From the NCBI RefSeq assembly GCF_000341395.1, contig NC_020304.1, positions 2,370,001 to 2,402,000 of the forward strand: 32,000 nt of DNA. Reading direction: 5' to 3'. Numbering within the stretch: position 1 is the stretch's first letter; each line of letters starts with the position of its first letter. The notes below the pieces were generated by a model. It was not told the origin of the DNA. It saw only the letters and a list, made by a program, of their open reading frames with translations, and searched no databases. The position numbers and the translations under genes were made by a program. Of the stretch, positions 9,489-18,054 are shown piece after piece. This DNA comes from Desulfocapsa sulfexigens DSM 10523. GTDB taxonomy: Bacteria; Desulfobacterota; Desulfobulbia; Desulfobulbales; Desulfocapsaceae.

Positions 9489-11690
9489 TCATTCATTGCT
9501 ATTATAGAGTGCTGCGAAATCATCCATCCTTGCCTGCAGTGTTGCGGGAAGTTTGAGCTGGTACTTCTGAAGATATTCTGCCGCCATTCGATGGGTGTTG
9601 AAGATAGGAATGTTGAGCGAGAGATTCATGATTGCCTTATCAATCAGTCGGGAATGAGAGCTGTCACCATAGAATTCCTCAAGAACACCGGGGAGCATCT
9701 CGTAGAATGATGCTGAATCCTCTGCATAGAGGAGAGCTTCGGGGGATTCACTGAGATCGGCTTCATCCACCGGACCCTCGTGACCGAATTTCCATCCGGT
9801 GAGACCGTCGTGGTAGCCTTCAACCCACCAACCATCCATAATAGACAGATTGGGTACGCCGTTCAGGGCAGCTTTCATACCACTGGTTCCGGAGGCCTCG
9901 AGTGGTCGCTTTGGGTTGTTGAGCCAGGCGTGAACGCCAGCTACCATAACCTTGGCTATCTGCATGTCATAGTTGGGGATGAAAATAAGATTCACCAGCC
10001 CCTTACTCTTAACGTGGAGTTCTTTCTGATAATCAAGAATGAGTTTTATGACGGATTTCCCAGGTTCATCTGCTGGGTGGGCCTTTCCGGAAAAAAGAAA
10101 GTTTATGGGCCAGTTATTTTTGAGTGCGATAGAACAAAGGGTGTCAATATTGTCAAAGATCAGATCCGCACGTTTATAGGTGGAAAAGCGTCTGGCGAAG
10201 CCTATTGTAAAAACATCAGGTGTGAGTCTCGTGGTATCATCGATAATGTTTGAATAGTGGTTAGGTGGATCTATCCAGGTGCTTGTCATCTCATTTCGAT
10301 GAAGGAGGAGCATGGAGTTGATGTATTGGTAGAGGATTTCAGAATCCTTTTCCCAGGCTCGAAGGAGGTATGTTCTGAACTGTTTGTTATGTTGAAGTTT
10401 TTTTGCATTCTGCAGTACTCCTGGATTGTCTCTCCAGCCTGCAAGTTCCGGGAAGCTGTCAAAAAGTTCAGCCCGAGCATCACTGATCCATGTCAGGTGA
10501 TGAACACCATTGGTGATCGCTGTGATTTTCTGGGCGAAACGTGGAAACTGTTTATGGGTTACGTCCCTGTGCAGCCTGCTGACACTGTTTGCTGTACGGT
10601 TAACACGCATGGCCAGGGTGGTGAAGTTGTAGGAATGTGGTGATTCGTCGTCGTGGGCCAACAGTTCCAGGATGTGCCTGCATGATTTATGGCTGATTCC
10701 GGCATAAACCGATTTGTTAAAACGATCATGTCCGGCCTTTACAGGGGTATGAATTGTGTAGACCAGTCTTTTGGCAACTTTATCCGCTGCTGCAAAAATC
10801 TGCTCCTCGGAGGCTTCGCAGAGGTTACTGTGTTTTAACATTCCCTGAAGTTCTTCAGCAATAAGTTGCAGAGCAACAACAACACCGTGCTGCTCATTGA
10901 GGTGAAGAGTGCTCGAGGTGATCCCGATCGCTTCCATAACAGGAAGAATGCCGGTTCCAAGCATTCGTCGTTGGGTCGCTTTAATGATGGAAGAATCAGA
11001 GTTGTATAGCTGGCCGGCAGCATCACGAATGGGTATTGGGTTGTCTGCGAGTGAAAAATCGAGCAACAGCTCAGGAATAAAATAATCCAGGCTGTGGTTA
11101 ACTTCCATCTTCATCCATACCTGCGCTTCTGCCATGGTTTCCTGATCATATTCATTGAAAAAGGGGATCTCGATCTGGAGGGGCTTTTCGGGATTGTCAG
11201 GGTCGTGGAGAAGGTAGAGGCCAGGAGTGTCTTCAGGCCGCCATTCTACAGTCTGGGATATCTGACCAAGCTTTGAGTCTACAATCTGGGAAAAATAGCC
11301 ATGACGATAGAGTAGACTTACAGCGACTACAGGAACCCGGCAATCGGCAAAACTTTTCAGGGTGTCACCTGCAAGTACCCCAAGTCCTCCACCGTAGCAG
11401 GGGATTTTTTCGGGGCCATGAAAGAGTTTTTTGATAAACTGTTTCGTATTTGAGTCCATGCTGTCTGTTTTCTCGAGATCCATGAGGGTGTCTTTGATGG
11501 GGTGGAACACATCGGGGTCTGCCCCGATTTCCATGGAAATATAAACAACGGAATTTGAGTCGGCAGCAGTGAGTTTGCTCCAGACCTTATCAAAGATTTC
11601 CTGGGATACGCCGAAGAATGTGCCAAACTTGTTTTTTGCCACAAGTTTATGGAGTTCTAAATTATCAGCTGAGTGGTTACCTGCTTGCAT
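9489..11690 (-). CDS. glgP: Alpha-glucan (glycogen/maltodextrin) phosphorylase, GT35 family
   Basis: 733 aa. PLP-lysine signature EASGTSGMKAALNGVPNLSIMDGWW. Glycogen-phosphorylase-type GGLGVLAGD motif near the N-terminus. Confidence 0.9.
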   Translation of the reverse strand: MQAGNHSADNLELHKLVAKNKFGTFFGVSQEIFDKVWSKLTAADSNSVVYISMEIGADPDVFHPIKDTLMDLEKTDSMDSNTKQFIKKLFHGPEKIPCYGGGLGVLAGDTLKSFADCRVPVVAVSLLYRHGYFSQIVDSKLGQISQTVEWRPEDTPGLYLLHDPDNPEKPLQIEIPFFNEYDQETMAEAQVWMKMEVNHSLDYFIPELLLDFSLADNPIPIRDAAGQLYNSDSSIIKATQRRMLGTGILPVMEAIGITSSTLHLNEQHGVVVALQLIAEELQGMLKHSNLCEASEEQIFAAADKVAKRLVYTIHTPVKAGHDRFNKSVYAGISHKSCRHILELLAHDDESPHSYNFTTLAMRVNRTANSVSRLHRDVTHKQFPRFAQKITAITNGVHHLTWISDARAELFDSFPELAGWRDNPGVLQNAKKLQHNKQFRTYLLRAWEKDSEILYQYINSMLLLHRNEMTSTWIDPPNHYSNIIDDTTRLTPDVFTIGFARRFSTYKRADLIFDNIDTLCSIALKNNWPINFLFSGKAHPADEPGKSVIKLILDYQKELHVKSKGLVNLIFIPNYDMQIAKVMVAGVHAWLNNPKRPLEASGTSGMKAALNGVPNLSIMDGWWVEGYHDGLTGWKFGHEGPVDEADLSESPEALLYAEDSASFYEMLPGVLEEFYGDSSHSRLIDKAIMNLSLNIPIFNTHRMAAEYLQKYQLKLPATLQARMDDFAALYNSNE

Positions 11691-12012
11691 AATATTCTAT
11701 GTTCTCTTGTTCTTAATAAATGATTATTGATTACCTGTTCCAGGTAATTGGAGCGTGTACACCGTTACAGTAATTATTTTGCAATGAGTCGCATTAACAT
11801 TAGCACACTAGAGAGCTGTGCTCTATTTTACAAGTGCAAAACATGTCAGAATAAAAAATTTTACCCAAATAGCATCTTATCATGAAGTAATGGAAAACGT
11901 CTGGTGTTTTTTAGCAAATAAAAGTAGAATTAGAAACCTGATTTCAGGTGTAAAAAGTAGTATGAGAACAATGTTTGTTGAAGGTGTGACATTTTGTCCA
12001 CAGGAGGAAAGC

Positions 12013-12528
12013 ATGACTAGGGGTCGTAAAATTAGTAGTGGAATATTTCTACTGAGTGTTATCTTTGTATTATCGGCCTGCAGCAGTAAAAAGCCTGAAG
12101 ATACAGCAGAACTTTCCAGGCAGGATTCTACAGCGATTGGTCAGGAAGAGTCTTTGGATTCCCGATCCATTGGTATAATGGAGGGGCGTACAACGGGGCC
12201 CATGTTGCCCGTTTATTTTGGCTATGACAGATCTTCGATTCGGCCTGATCAGGTTCCGAGGATGAAGGTCAACTCTGACTTCCTGAAGGATAATGAAGGT
12301 ATCAGAATCCGCATTGAAGGAAACTGTGATCCTCGTGGAACCAGGGAGTATAATCTGGCCCTTGGGGAAAAGCGTGCCCTGGTGGCAAAAAAATATCTTG
12401 TAAATGTTGGTATTGCAGCAGACCGGATTTCCACCGTGAGTTTGGGTGAGGAAAAAATCCTTCTCCATGGTCACGATGAGTTGTCGTGGGCGCAAAATCG
12501 TCGTGATGATTTTATTGTTGAGAAATAA
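12013..12528 (+). CDS. pal: Pal-like peptidoglycan-associated lipoprotein (OmpA C-terminal domain)
   Basis: AGGAGG (12003-12008) precedes the ATG at 12013. Lipoprotein signal with lipobox LSAC. OmpA-like domain (VYFGYDRSSIRPD...GNCDPRGTREYNLALGEKRA...NRRDDF). The longer ORF from 11818 is rejected as an upstream extension. Confidence 0.85.
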   Translation: MTRGRKISSGIFLLSVIFVLSACSSKKPEDTAELSRQDSTAIGQEESLDSRSIGIMEGRTTGPMLPVYFGYDRSSIRPDQVPRMKVNSDFLKDNEGIRIRIEGNCDPRGTREYNLALGEKRALVAKKYLVNVGIAADRISTVSLGEEKILLHGHDELSWAQNRRDDFIVEK

Positions 12529-12578
12529 CCTGGTTTAAAATTTTGATTAATTCCTAAAAAAAAACAGGAGAAAATTTG

Positions 12579-13109
12579 ATGTTGAAACACTTATTATTGG
12601 CAGTATCCTTGGTTGCAGTTACAGCTTTCACCTTTGGCAGTGGTGTTGCTCAAAGTGCTGAGACTCAGAAAATAGGCGTAATGAATATCCAGAAAGTTCT
12701 TCTTGAGTCCACTGCTGGAAAAACTGCAAAGGGTGTTTTTGAGAAGCGGATGAACGAACTTCAGGAAAAATTCAAAGTAGAGCAGGATGCATTGATCGCA
12801 CTGCAGCAGGAGATTGAAAAGAAGAGTTCCGCCTGGAGTAAAGATAAGAAAGGTGAAAAAATTCGCGAATTACAGATGGGACAGCGTGAACTCCAGGTAA
12901 AGAGCGAAGACGCAAAGATGGAACTGAAACAATTACAGGATAAGGAACTCGAGCCTATCCTGAACATGTTGCAGACTGTGGTGAATGCTTATGGAGAAAA
13001 GAACGGGTTTTCCGTTATTCTTGATTCCAAGGTTGCCGTTCTGTACGCTGCTCCCGGTGTTGACGTGAGCGATGAGGTCAAAGAAGAACTCAATAAACGT
13101 ATGAAATAA
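12579..13109 (+). CDS. skp: OmpH/Skp-family periplasmic chaperone
   Basis: Signal peptide (LLLAVSLVAVTAFTFGSGVAQSA), then KIGVMNIQKVLLESTAGK and a long Lys/Glu/Gln coiled arm, which is the classic Skp layout. CAGGAG SD before the ATG at 12579. Confidence 0.85.
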   Translation: MLKHLLLAVSLVAVTAFTFGSGVAQSAETQKIGVMNIQKVLLESTAGKTAKGVFEKRMNELQEKFKVEQDALIALQQEIEKKSSAWSKDKKGEKIRELQMGQRELQVKSEDAKMELKQLQDKELEPILNMLQTVVNAYGEKNGFSVILDSKVAVLYAAPGVDVSDEVKEELNKRMK

Positions 13110-13141
13110 GAGCTTTCCATTCTTTGAATAATGCTGTTACA

Positions 13142-13180
13142 AACGATGCAGGGGATAGATCCTCTGCATCGTTTTTCTTT
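13142..13180 (+). terminator. Rho-independent terminator after skp
   Basis: A 13-bp stem (aacgatgcagggg ... cctctgcatcgtt, one G-U pair) with loop atagat, followed by TTTTTCTTT. Confidence 0.7.
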
Positions 13181-13194
13181 GTCCAAATTAAAAA

Positions 13195-14013
13195 ATGCAA
13201 CCATTAGAATTTATAAAATTTACTCCTCGTACAAACTGTGGTGAGTGTGGCTATGCGGCATGTCTTGCCTTTGCAGCTGCAGTGACCAAGGGTGGTGAAA
13301 GACCGGAAAAGTGTCCCTATGTTGATGTTTCACAACTCGGTGACGAATTCTCCGGTACGGACAGGGGGAAGGATGGACTTGAAGGTGTTGCCAAACTGCT
13401 TGATGAGAAGGATCTGGCTCTGGTCGCCTATCTGAAAAAAAAGACAGCCAATATTGATTTTAGCCAGGCTGCCGAGGCTATAGGCTGTGAATGGTCCGGG
13501 CCTGAAAGAGACAGTCTGCTCCTAAAATTCTTTGGACAGGATGTTGAGATATCCCATGATGGCATTCGTATAGACGGTAGAGAGGCGGAGGATCCGAGGG
13601 ATCAGATTTTGTTATATAACTATGTCCATTTTGGCGGTGGTGCGGAACCGGAACAGGATTGGATAGGTATGGAGTCGCTTCCCAATTCCATTTCCAAGGT
13701 TCGTACCCTCAGGGTATACTGCGAAGAACGTATCGCCAGTCATTTTACTGGCAAGGCTGACCTGCTTATAGCTTCGGCAGATGGTCTTGGTGCAGTACGT
13801 CAGGAGAACCCGGAACAGAGTTGCAGTGCCGCATTTTTTGTTCCAGCCCTTCCAAGGCTGCCGCTGTTTGTCCTTTTTTGGGATGAGGAAAAGGAGGATG
13901 GTTTTCCTGCTAAGGTGAAAGTCCTCTTTGATCGCAGGGTAAATGATTTTTTAGATATTGAGTCGTTGGTTTTTGTGTGTGAGCGAATGGCCGAGCGTTG
14001 GGTGAAACTATAA
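13195..14013 (+). CDS. DUF3786-like protein with an N-terminal 4-Cys putative Fe-S domain of RnfB/CdhE N-terminal type
   Basis: The N-terminus PRTNCGECGYAACLAFAAAVTKGGERPEKCPYVD matches the C-x2-C-x4-C...C pattern of the putative Fe-S domain at the N-termini of RnfB and corrinoid Fe-S proteins. The remainder resembles DUF3786 as I recall it; this is not computed. Confidence 0.65.
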   Translation: MQPLEFIKFTPRTNCGECGYAACLAFAAAVTKGGERPEKCPYVDVSQLGDEFSGTDRGKDGLEGVAKLLDEKDLALVAYLKKKTANIDFSQAAEAIGCEWSGPERDSLLLKFFGQDVEISHDGIRIDGREAEDPRDQILLYNYVHFGGGAEPEQDWIGMESLPNSISKVRTLRVYCEERIASHFTGKADLLIASADGLGAVRQENPEQSCSAAFFVPALPRLPLFVLFWDEEKEDGFPAKVKVLFDRRVNDFLDIESLVFVCERMAERWVKL

Positions 14014-14014
14014 G

Positions 14015-15034
14015 ATGAAATCAGAACTTTCAAAGCTGGTCCAATTGATCAGTGGCAAGAAAATACTTGTGGTCGGTGATATTATCGTTGATCATTTTAT
14101 CTGGGGTACGGTGAGTCGAATTTCACCGGAGGCACCTGTGCCCGTGGTCAATGTTACCAGGGAGGAATTCCTCCTCGGAGGCGGCGCAAATGTTCTTCAT
14201 AACATATACTCGTTGGGGGGAACGGCTGTTCTCTGCGGTATAATAGGTGATGATGAAATGGGAGAGCGTCTTCAGGATCTCCTGCACGGACTGGGTGCCT
14301 CAACTGCTGGCCTTGTAAAGGGAAGACGTCCCACCACTGTGAAAACACGAGTTGTGGCTCAGGGACAACAGGTTGTCCGTTTTGACCGTGAACAAACCGG
14401 GGCCCTCTCAGACTCTGCCGTCGCTTCAATGACTGCTTTTCTGGACAAAAATTTGTCCGATTTTGATGCTGTTATTGTTTCTGATTACTATAAGGGTGTA
14501 ATCGGAAAGCCCTTGATGAAAACCCTTCTCGCCCGGGTGGCCAGAGTTGGGGAAGAGAGTGGAAAAAAAATCCCGGTGGTGGTTGACCCTAAGCCAAGTG
14601 AGCCGGAACGTTTTTTTGGTGCATCCCTTATCACTCCAAACCATATGGAAGCTGAGAAGATGGCCGGAATGACCATTGAAAGTGTCGAGGATCTGCGCAT
14701 TGCTGCGGGGATACTGCTTGAAAAAACAGGATGTGAAGCTGTGCTGATTACCCGTGGAGAGGCTGGTATGGCACTCCTTGAAAAGGGGAAGAAACTGGTT
14801 TCCATCCCGACCACTGCCCAGGCTGTGTTTGATGTGACGGGTGCCGGAGATACCGTGATTGCTGCCCTTGCTCTCGGGCTTGCGGCAAAGGCGAGCTATA
14901 CAGATGCCGCGTCCCTGGCGAATATTGCAGCCGGTGTTGTGGTCGGAAAAATTGGAACAGCCACCGTGGATCAGAATGAACTGCTTGCAGTACTCCACGG
15001 CGAAGAAGTTGCAACTACATTCAGCAGCTGCTGA
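14015..15034 (+). CDS. hldA: D-glycero-beta-D-manno-heptose-7-phosphate kinase (RfaE domain I, PfkB family)
   Basis: 339 aa. KILVVGDIIVDHFIWG N-terminus typical of RfaE kinase. PfkB signature DVTGAGDTVIAALALGLA. No adenylyltransferase domain. Starts 1 nt after the previous stop. Confidence 0.85.
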   Translation: MKSELSKLVQLISGKKILVVGDIIVDHFIWGTVSRISPEAPVPVVNVTREEFLLGGGANVLHNIYSLGGTAVLCGIIGDDEMGERLQDLLHGLGASTAGLVKGRRPTTVKTRVVAQGQQVVRFDREQTGALSDSAVASMTAFLDKNLSDFDAVIVSDYYKGVIGKPLMKTLLARVARVGEESGKKIPVVVDPKPSEPERFFGASLITPNHMEAEKMAGMTIESVEDLRIAAGILLEKTGCEAVLITRGEAGMALLEKGKKLVSIPTTAQAVFDVTGAGDTVIAALALGLAAKASYTDAASLANIAAGVVVGKIGTATVDQNELLAVLHGEEVATTFSSC

Positions 15035-15046
15035 TAAAGGAAAAAA

Positions 15047-15928
15047 ATGTCCAGTAAGAGTATGACCGGATTCGGTCGTGGTGAAGCAGAGGCCGGAGGG
15101 CGGCAGTGGGTTGCAGAGATTCGTTGCGTCAATCATCGCCACCTTGATCTGAAAATTAAATTGCCAAGGGGCTATGCAGATCTTGAAGAGCGGGCGCGGA
15201 AAATGGTGGCCGAAACTCTGCAGCGAGGTCGGGTGGATGTTCTGCTCAGTGTCAGCGGCGATTTTTCCGATCTTCACAAAATTGAAGTAAACAGCAGCCT
15301 TGCTGCAACCTATAATAAGGCACTGGCAGCTCTTGCCAATTCGCTTGATCTGGCAAATGACACAACCCTCTCCGGGCTAGCCTCCTACCCCGATGTTCTG
15401 GTGTTGACACGGAAGGAAGAAGACCTGGAGGCTGTCTGGCCCGTTATGGGAGCTGCTTTGCAGGAGGCCGTTGATGCCTGTGACACCATGCGAAGCCAGG
15501 AAGGTGAAGCAATGGCCAGGGATCTCCATGAACGCCTGGAAAATTTTGCTGCCGATGTCCAGAAAATCGGCAACAGTATTCCAGAACTTTTAGAGCGTAG
15601 AGAGCAGAGTCTTAATGAACGTCTGCAGAAATTGCTCGACAGAGTGCAGCTTGATCCCCAGCGTTTAGCCCAGGAAGTAGCCATCCTTGCCGATAAGACC
15701 GATGTGACCGAAGAGATTGTCCGTCTGGAAAGTCATATTAATCAGTTCAGATCCTTCCTTGATGCTGATGAGGCAACGGGGAGGAAGATCGATTTTCTAC
15801 TCCAGGAATTTCTCCGTGAGGTTAATACCATGGCCTCTAAAATTAATGATGCTGATATTGCTCATCTCACCGTCAGTCTCAAGGCAGAACTTGAGAAGAT
15901 GAGAGAGCAGGTGCAGAATCTCGAATAG
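15047..15928 (+). CDS. yicC: YicC/YloC-family stress-induced protein (endoribonuclease family)
   Basis: MTGFGRGEA N-terminus, the C-terminal DUF1732-type region DVTEEIVRLESHINQF and LLQEFLREVNTMASKIND. Confidence 0.9.
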   Translation: MSSKSMTGFGRGEAEAGGRQWVAEIRCVNHRHLDLKIKLPRGYADLEERARKMVAETLQRGRVDVLLSVSGDFSDLHKIEVNSSLAATYNKALAALANSLDLANDTTLSGLASYPDVLVLTRKEEDLEAVWPVMGAALQEAVDACDTMRSQEGEAMARDLHERLENFAADVQKIGNSIPELLERREQSLNERLQKLLDRVQLDPQRLAQEVAILADKTDVTEEIVRLESHINQFRSFLDADEATGRKIDFLLQEFLREVNTMASKINDADIAHLTVSLKAELEKMREQVQNLE

Positions 15929-15939
15929 GAGGAGGCCCT

Positions 15940-16230
15940 ATGCAGCTTATTAATGTCGGATTCGGTAATACAGTTATGGTTGAACGTATTGTTGCTGTGA
16001 TCAATACCGGTTCATCTCCTGCAAGAAAACTTAAAGAACTCGCCAAAGAATCCGGGAAACTGGTTGATGTTACCGAGGGGCGGCGCACACGCTCAATGCT
16101 GGTGATGGATTCCAATCATGTTGTTCTCTCTTCTATTCAACCAGACACCATTAATCAGCGTTTAACTGCGCTTCAGCTAGGCCCCCATGTGGGTGAGGCG
16201 ATAAAAGGGGCAGGAGGGAAAGAACGATGA
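15940..16230 (+). CDS. remA: DUF370/RemA-family protein
   Basis: LINVGFGNTVMVERIVAVINTGSSPARKLKE...GRRTRSMLVMDSNHVVLSSIQPDT is the conserved RemA/YlzA pattern. yloC-remA-gmk synteny as in Bacillus. Confidence 0.85.
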   Translation: MQLINVGFGNTVMVERIVAVINTGSSPARKLKELAKESGKLVDVTEGRRTRSMLVMDSNHVVLSSIQPDTINQRLTALQLGPHVGEAIKGAGGKER

Positions 16231-16847
16231 CGAAATCTGGACAGCTTTTTATTCTTTCCGCCCCATCCGGTGCCGGAAAAACAACGCTATTAAAGAAGGT
16301 GATGCGAGATGTTGAGAGACTGGCATTTTCTGTCTCCCACACCACACGTTCACCTCGCCCAGGAGAAACAGATGGTGTGGATTATCATTTTGTTTCTGTT
16401 GATGAATTTGAGGCCATGCGTGAACAGAACCTCTTTCTTGAGTGGGCTGAAGTACACGGGAATTTTTATGGTACCAGCCGTCCGGCAGTGGCAAAACAGT
16501 TGGAGCAGGGGGTTGATGTTATCCTTGATATTGATGTTCAGGGGGCTGCGATCATTACAGGCGACAAAAGTGTGCATGCAGTTTCGGTGTTCGTGGCCCC
16601 TCCGTCACTCGCTGAGCTTGAGAGGCGTCTTCGCGGTCGTGGTACAGATAGCGAGGAGACTATAATGGTGCGCCTGGGAAACGCTGCGAAAGAGATGAGT
16701 TGTGCCGACGACTACGAGTATCTCGTGATCAACGATAACCTTGAAGTGGCAGCTACGACCTTAAGAGCAGTACTCATTGCTGAAAGGAGTCGGGGGCATC
16801 GGCTTCCTTCGGGTGAGCCAATTAATTTAGGAGCCCTTACGAAATAA
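16227..16847 (+). CDS. gmk: Guanylate kinase
   Basis: P-loop SAPSGAGKTTL, plus TTRSPRPGETDGVDYHFVS and FLEWAEVHGNFYGT. ATGA overlap with remA. Confidence 0.95.
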   Translation: MTKSGQLFILSAPSGAGKTTLLKKVMRDVERLAFSVSHTTRSPRPGETDGVDYHFVSVDEFEAMREQNLFLEWAEVHGNFYGTSRPAVAKQLEQGVDVILDIDVQGAAIITGDKSVHAVSVFVAPPSLAELERRLRGRGTDSEETIMVRLGNAAKEMSCADDYEYLVINDNLEVAATTLRAVLIAERSRGHRLPSGEPINLGALTK

Positions 16848-16969
16848 CATGGCTACTTCTATCAATTTCGTTACGGTTCCTTATTTCCCTCAAGGGGGGA
16901 TTAAAAAGAGTGCCGCTCCGGGCGACAAGATGGCTATGGTATTTTTTACAGTGGCTTAGGTGAGAATAA

Positions 16970-17782
16970 GTGAAAAATAATAGGAATTTTCAGAAGGGAA
17001 GTGAACGAAAAATTCGTTTGAGTGAGGATCTGCTCTGGGGAATTCACCCGGTTATCGAAGCCCTTGAACAGGAAATAGAGCGGGTGAGCGAGATCTTTAT
17101 TGTTAAGGATCGAAAAGGGGGAAAACGTGAAGAGATTATTGAGAAGGCGCGAGCTGCCGGTATTAAAATAAACTTTATGGATTCTCTACGTCTTGTGGGC
17201 GAGGATGCGGCGCAGGTTCGCCATCAGGGCGTTATCGCTAAAATGTCACAGACGGCCCTGATACCCTTTGAAGTTTTACTTGATAAGTTTCAGAATCTTG
17301 TGCAACAGGGTGCTAACCCGAGGATTATAGCACTCGACACCCTGCAGGATCCCCATAATATTGGTGCAATTATACGATCTGCCCATGCCTCTGGTGTTGA
17401 TGGAATAATTGCAACCCGTGAACGTTCTGCCCCCATCGGGGGAACTGCGGCAAAATCGGCTGCCGGTGCCATGTCCCATATCGATATCTGTCAGGTTACA
17501 AATCTTGCGCAGTCATTGCAGGCCTTAAAAGATGTCGGGGCCTGGATCTTCGGGGCAATAAAGGATACCGACGCTCAATCATTGTATCAGTCAGACCTTG
17601 TTCTTCCAGCCTGTGTCGTTATAGGAAGTGAAGGAACAGGTATTCGACCACTTGTTCGTAAACAGTGTGATGTTCTGCTTTCCATTCCCATGGAAGGGCA
17701 GTTGGATTCTCTAAACAGTTCAGTTGCTGCAGGTGTTATTATGTTTGAAATGCTGCGTCAACGTCAGGCCGTTTTGCTTTAG
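16970..17782 (+). CDS. rlmB: 23S rRNA (guanosine-2'-O-)-methyltransferase RlmB (SpoU/TrmH family)
   Basis: N-terminal substrate-binding domain (GIHPVIEALEQ) and SpoU motifs LDTLQDPHNIGAIIRSA, VVIGSEGTGIRPLV and SLNSSVAAGVIMFE. GTG start. Confidence 0.85.
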   Translation: MKNNRNFQKGSERKIRLSEDLLWGIHPVIEALEQEIERVSEIFIVKDRKGGKREEIIEKARAAGIKINFMDSLRLVGEDAAQVRHQGVIAKMSQTALIPFEVLLDKFQNLVQQGANPRIIALDTLQDPHNIGAIIRSAHASGVDGIIATRERSAPIGGTAAKSAAGAMSHIDICQVTNLAQSLQALKDVGAWIFGAIKDTDAQSLYQSDLVLPACVVIGSEGTGIRPLVRKQCDVLLSIPMEGQLDSLNSSVAAGVIMFEMLRQRQAVLL

Positions 17783-17824
17783 TCAGGATTTCTGTAGTTT
17801 TAGAGATCTTGTAGTATTTCCCCG

Positions 17825-17892
17825 TGATTTCCTGATTTCGTCCCTGATTATCGATATTCGACAATAATGTCGACAGAGCCGAAATTGTCGAG
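17825..17892 (+). promoter_or_regulatory. Candidate upstream activator sequence: perfect palindrome TCGACA-ATAA-TGTCGA, a third TCGACAAT half-site and three TGATT(T/A) direct repeats
   Basis: TCGACAATAATGTCGA at 17858-17873. ATTGTCGA (reverse complement TCGACAAT) at 17885-17892. TGATTT/TGATTT/TGATTA at 17825, 17833 and 17845. Centred about 100 bp upstream of the sigma54 promoter element. Confidence 0.35.
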
Positions 17893-17967
17893 TCAGCTAG
17901 CAGAATCAAAAGAAAAATCAAGGTGTAACAGATTGTTTTTTGTGTGTTTATGTTGCTTCATCTAATA

Positions 17968-17983
17968 TGGCACATTTCTGGCA
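17968..17983 (+). promoter_or_regulatory. Sigma54 (RpoN) -24/-12 promoter
   Basis: TGGCACATTTCTGGCA against the consensus TGGCAC-N5-TTGCW. GG and GC have exactly the canonical spacing. It lies 72 nt upstream of the GTG start at 18055, and the operon it precedes encodes a sigma54 activator. Confidence 0.6.
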
Positions 17984-18054
17984 GTGTGGGCTGGAAGTAC
18001 CATAAATACTCGTGTTTGGATCGGTAGCATACATTTTTTTAGGGGAGTTTTATT

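Noticed and set aside
11818-12012. N-terminal extension of 65 codons on the Pal-like ORF
   Set aside because: The internal ATG at 12013 has a perfect AGGAGG SD and is followed immediately by a lipoprotein signal peptide. The extension lies in AT-rich promoter-like DNA.
14426-15277. 283-aa ORF on the minus strand overlapping hldA and yicC, plus the nested ORFs 14488-14814 and 14748-15014
   Set aside because: It is antisense to two genes with strong diagnostic motifs. The translation is low-complexity and Cys/His/Ser-rich with no recognisable domain. No SD. This is a typical shadow ORF in GC-richer coding DNA.
16849-16959. 36-codon ORF (MATSINFVTVPYFPQGGIKK...) beginning 1 nt after the gmk stop, in the slot where rpoZ often follows gmk
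   Set aside because: The sequence bears no resemblance to the RNA polymerase omega subunit. The SD is poorly spaced and I cannot assess conservation. It is mentioned only because rpoZ is absent from its common position.
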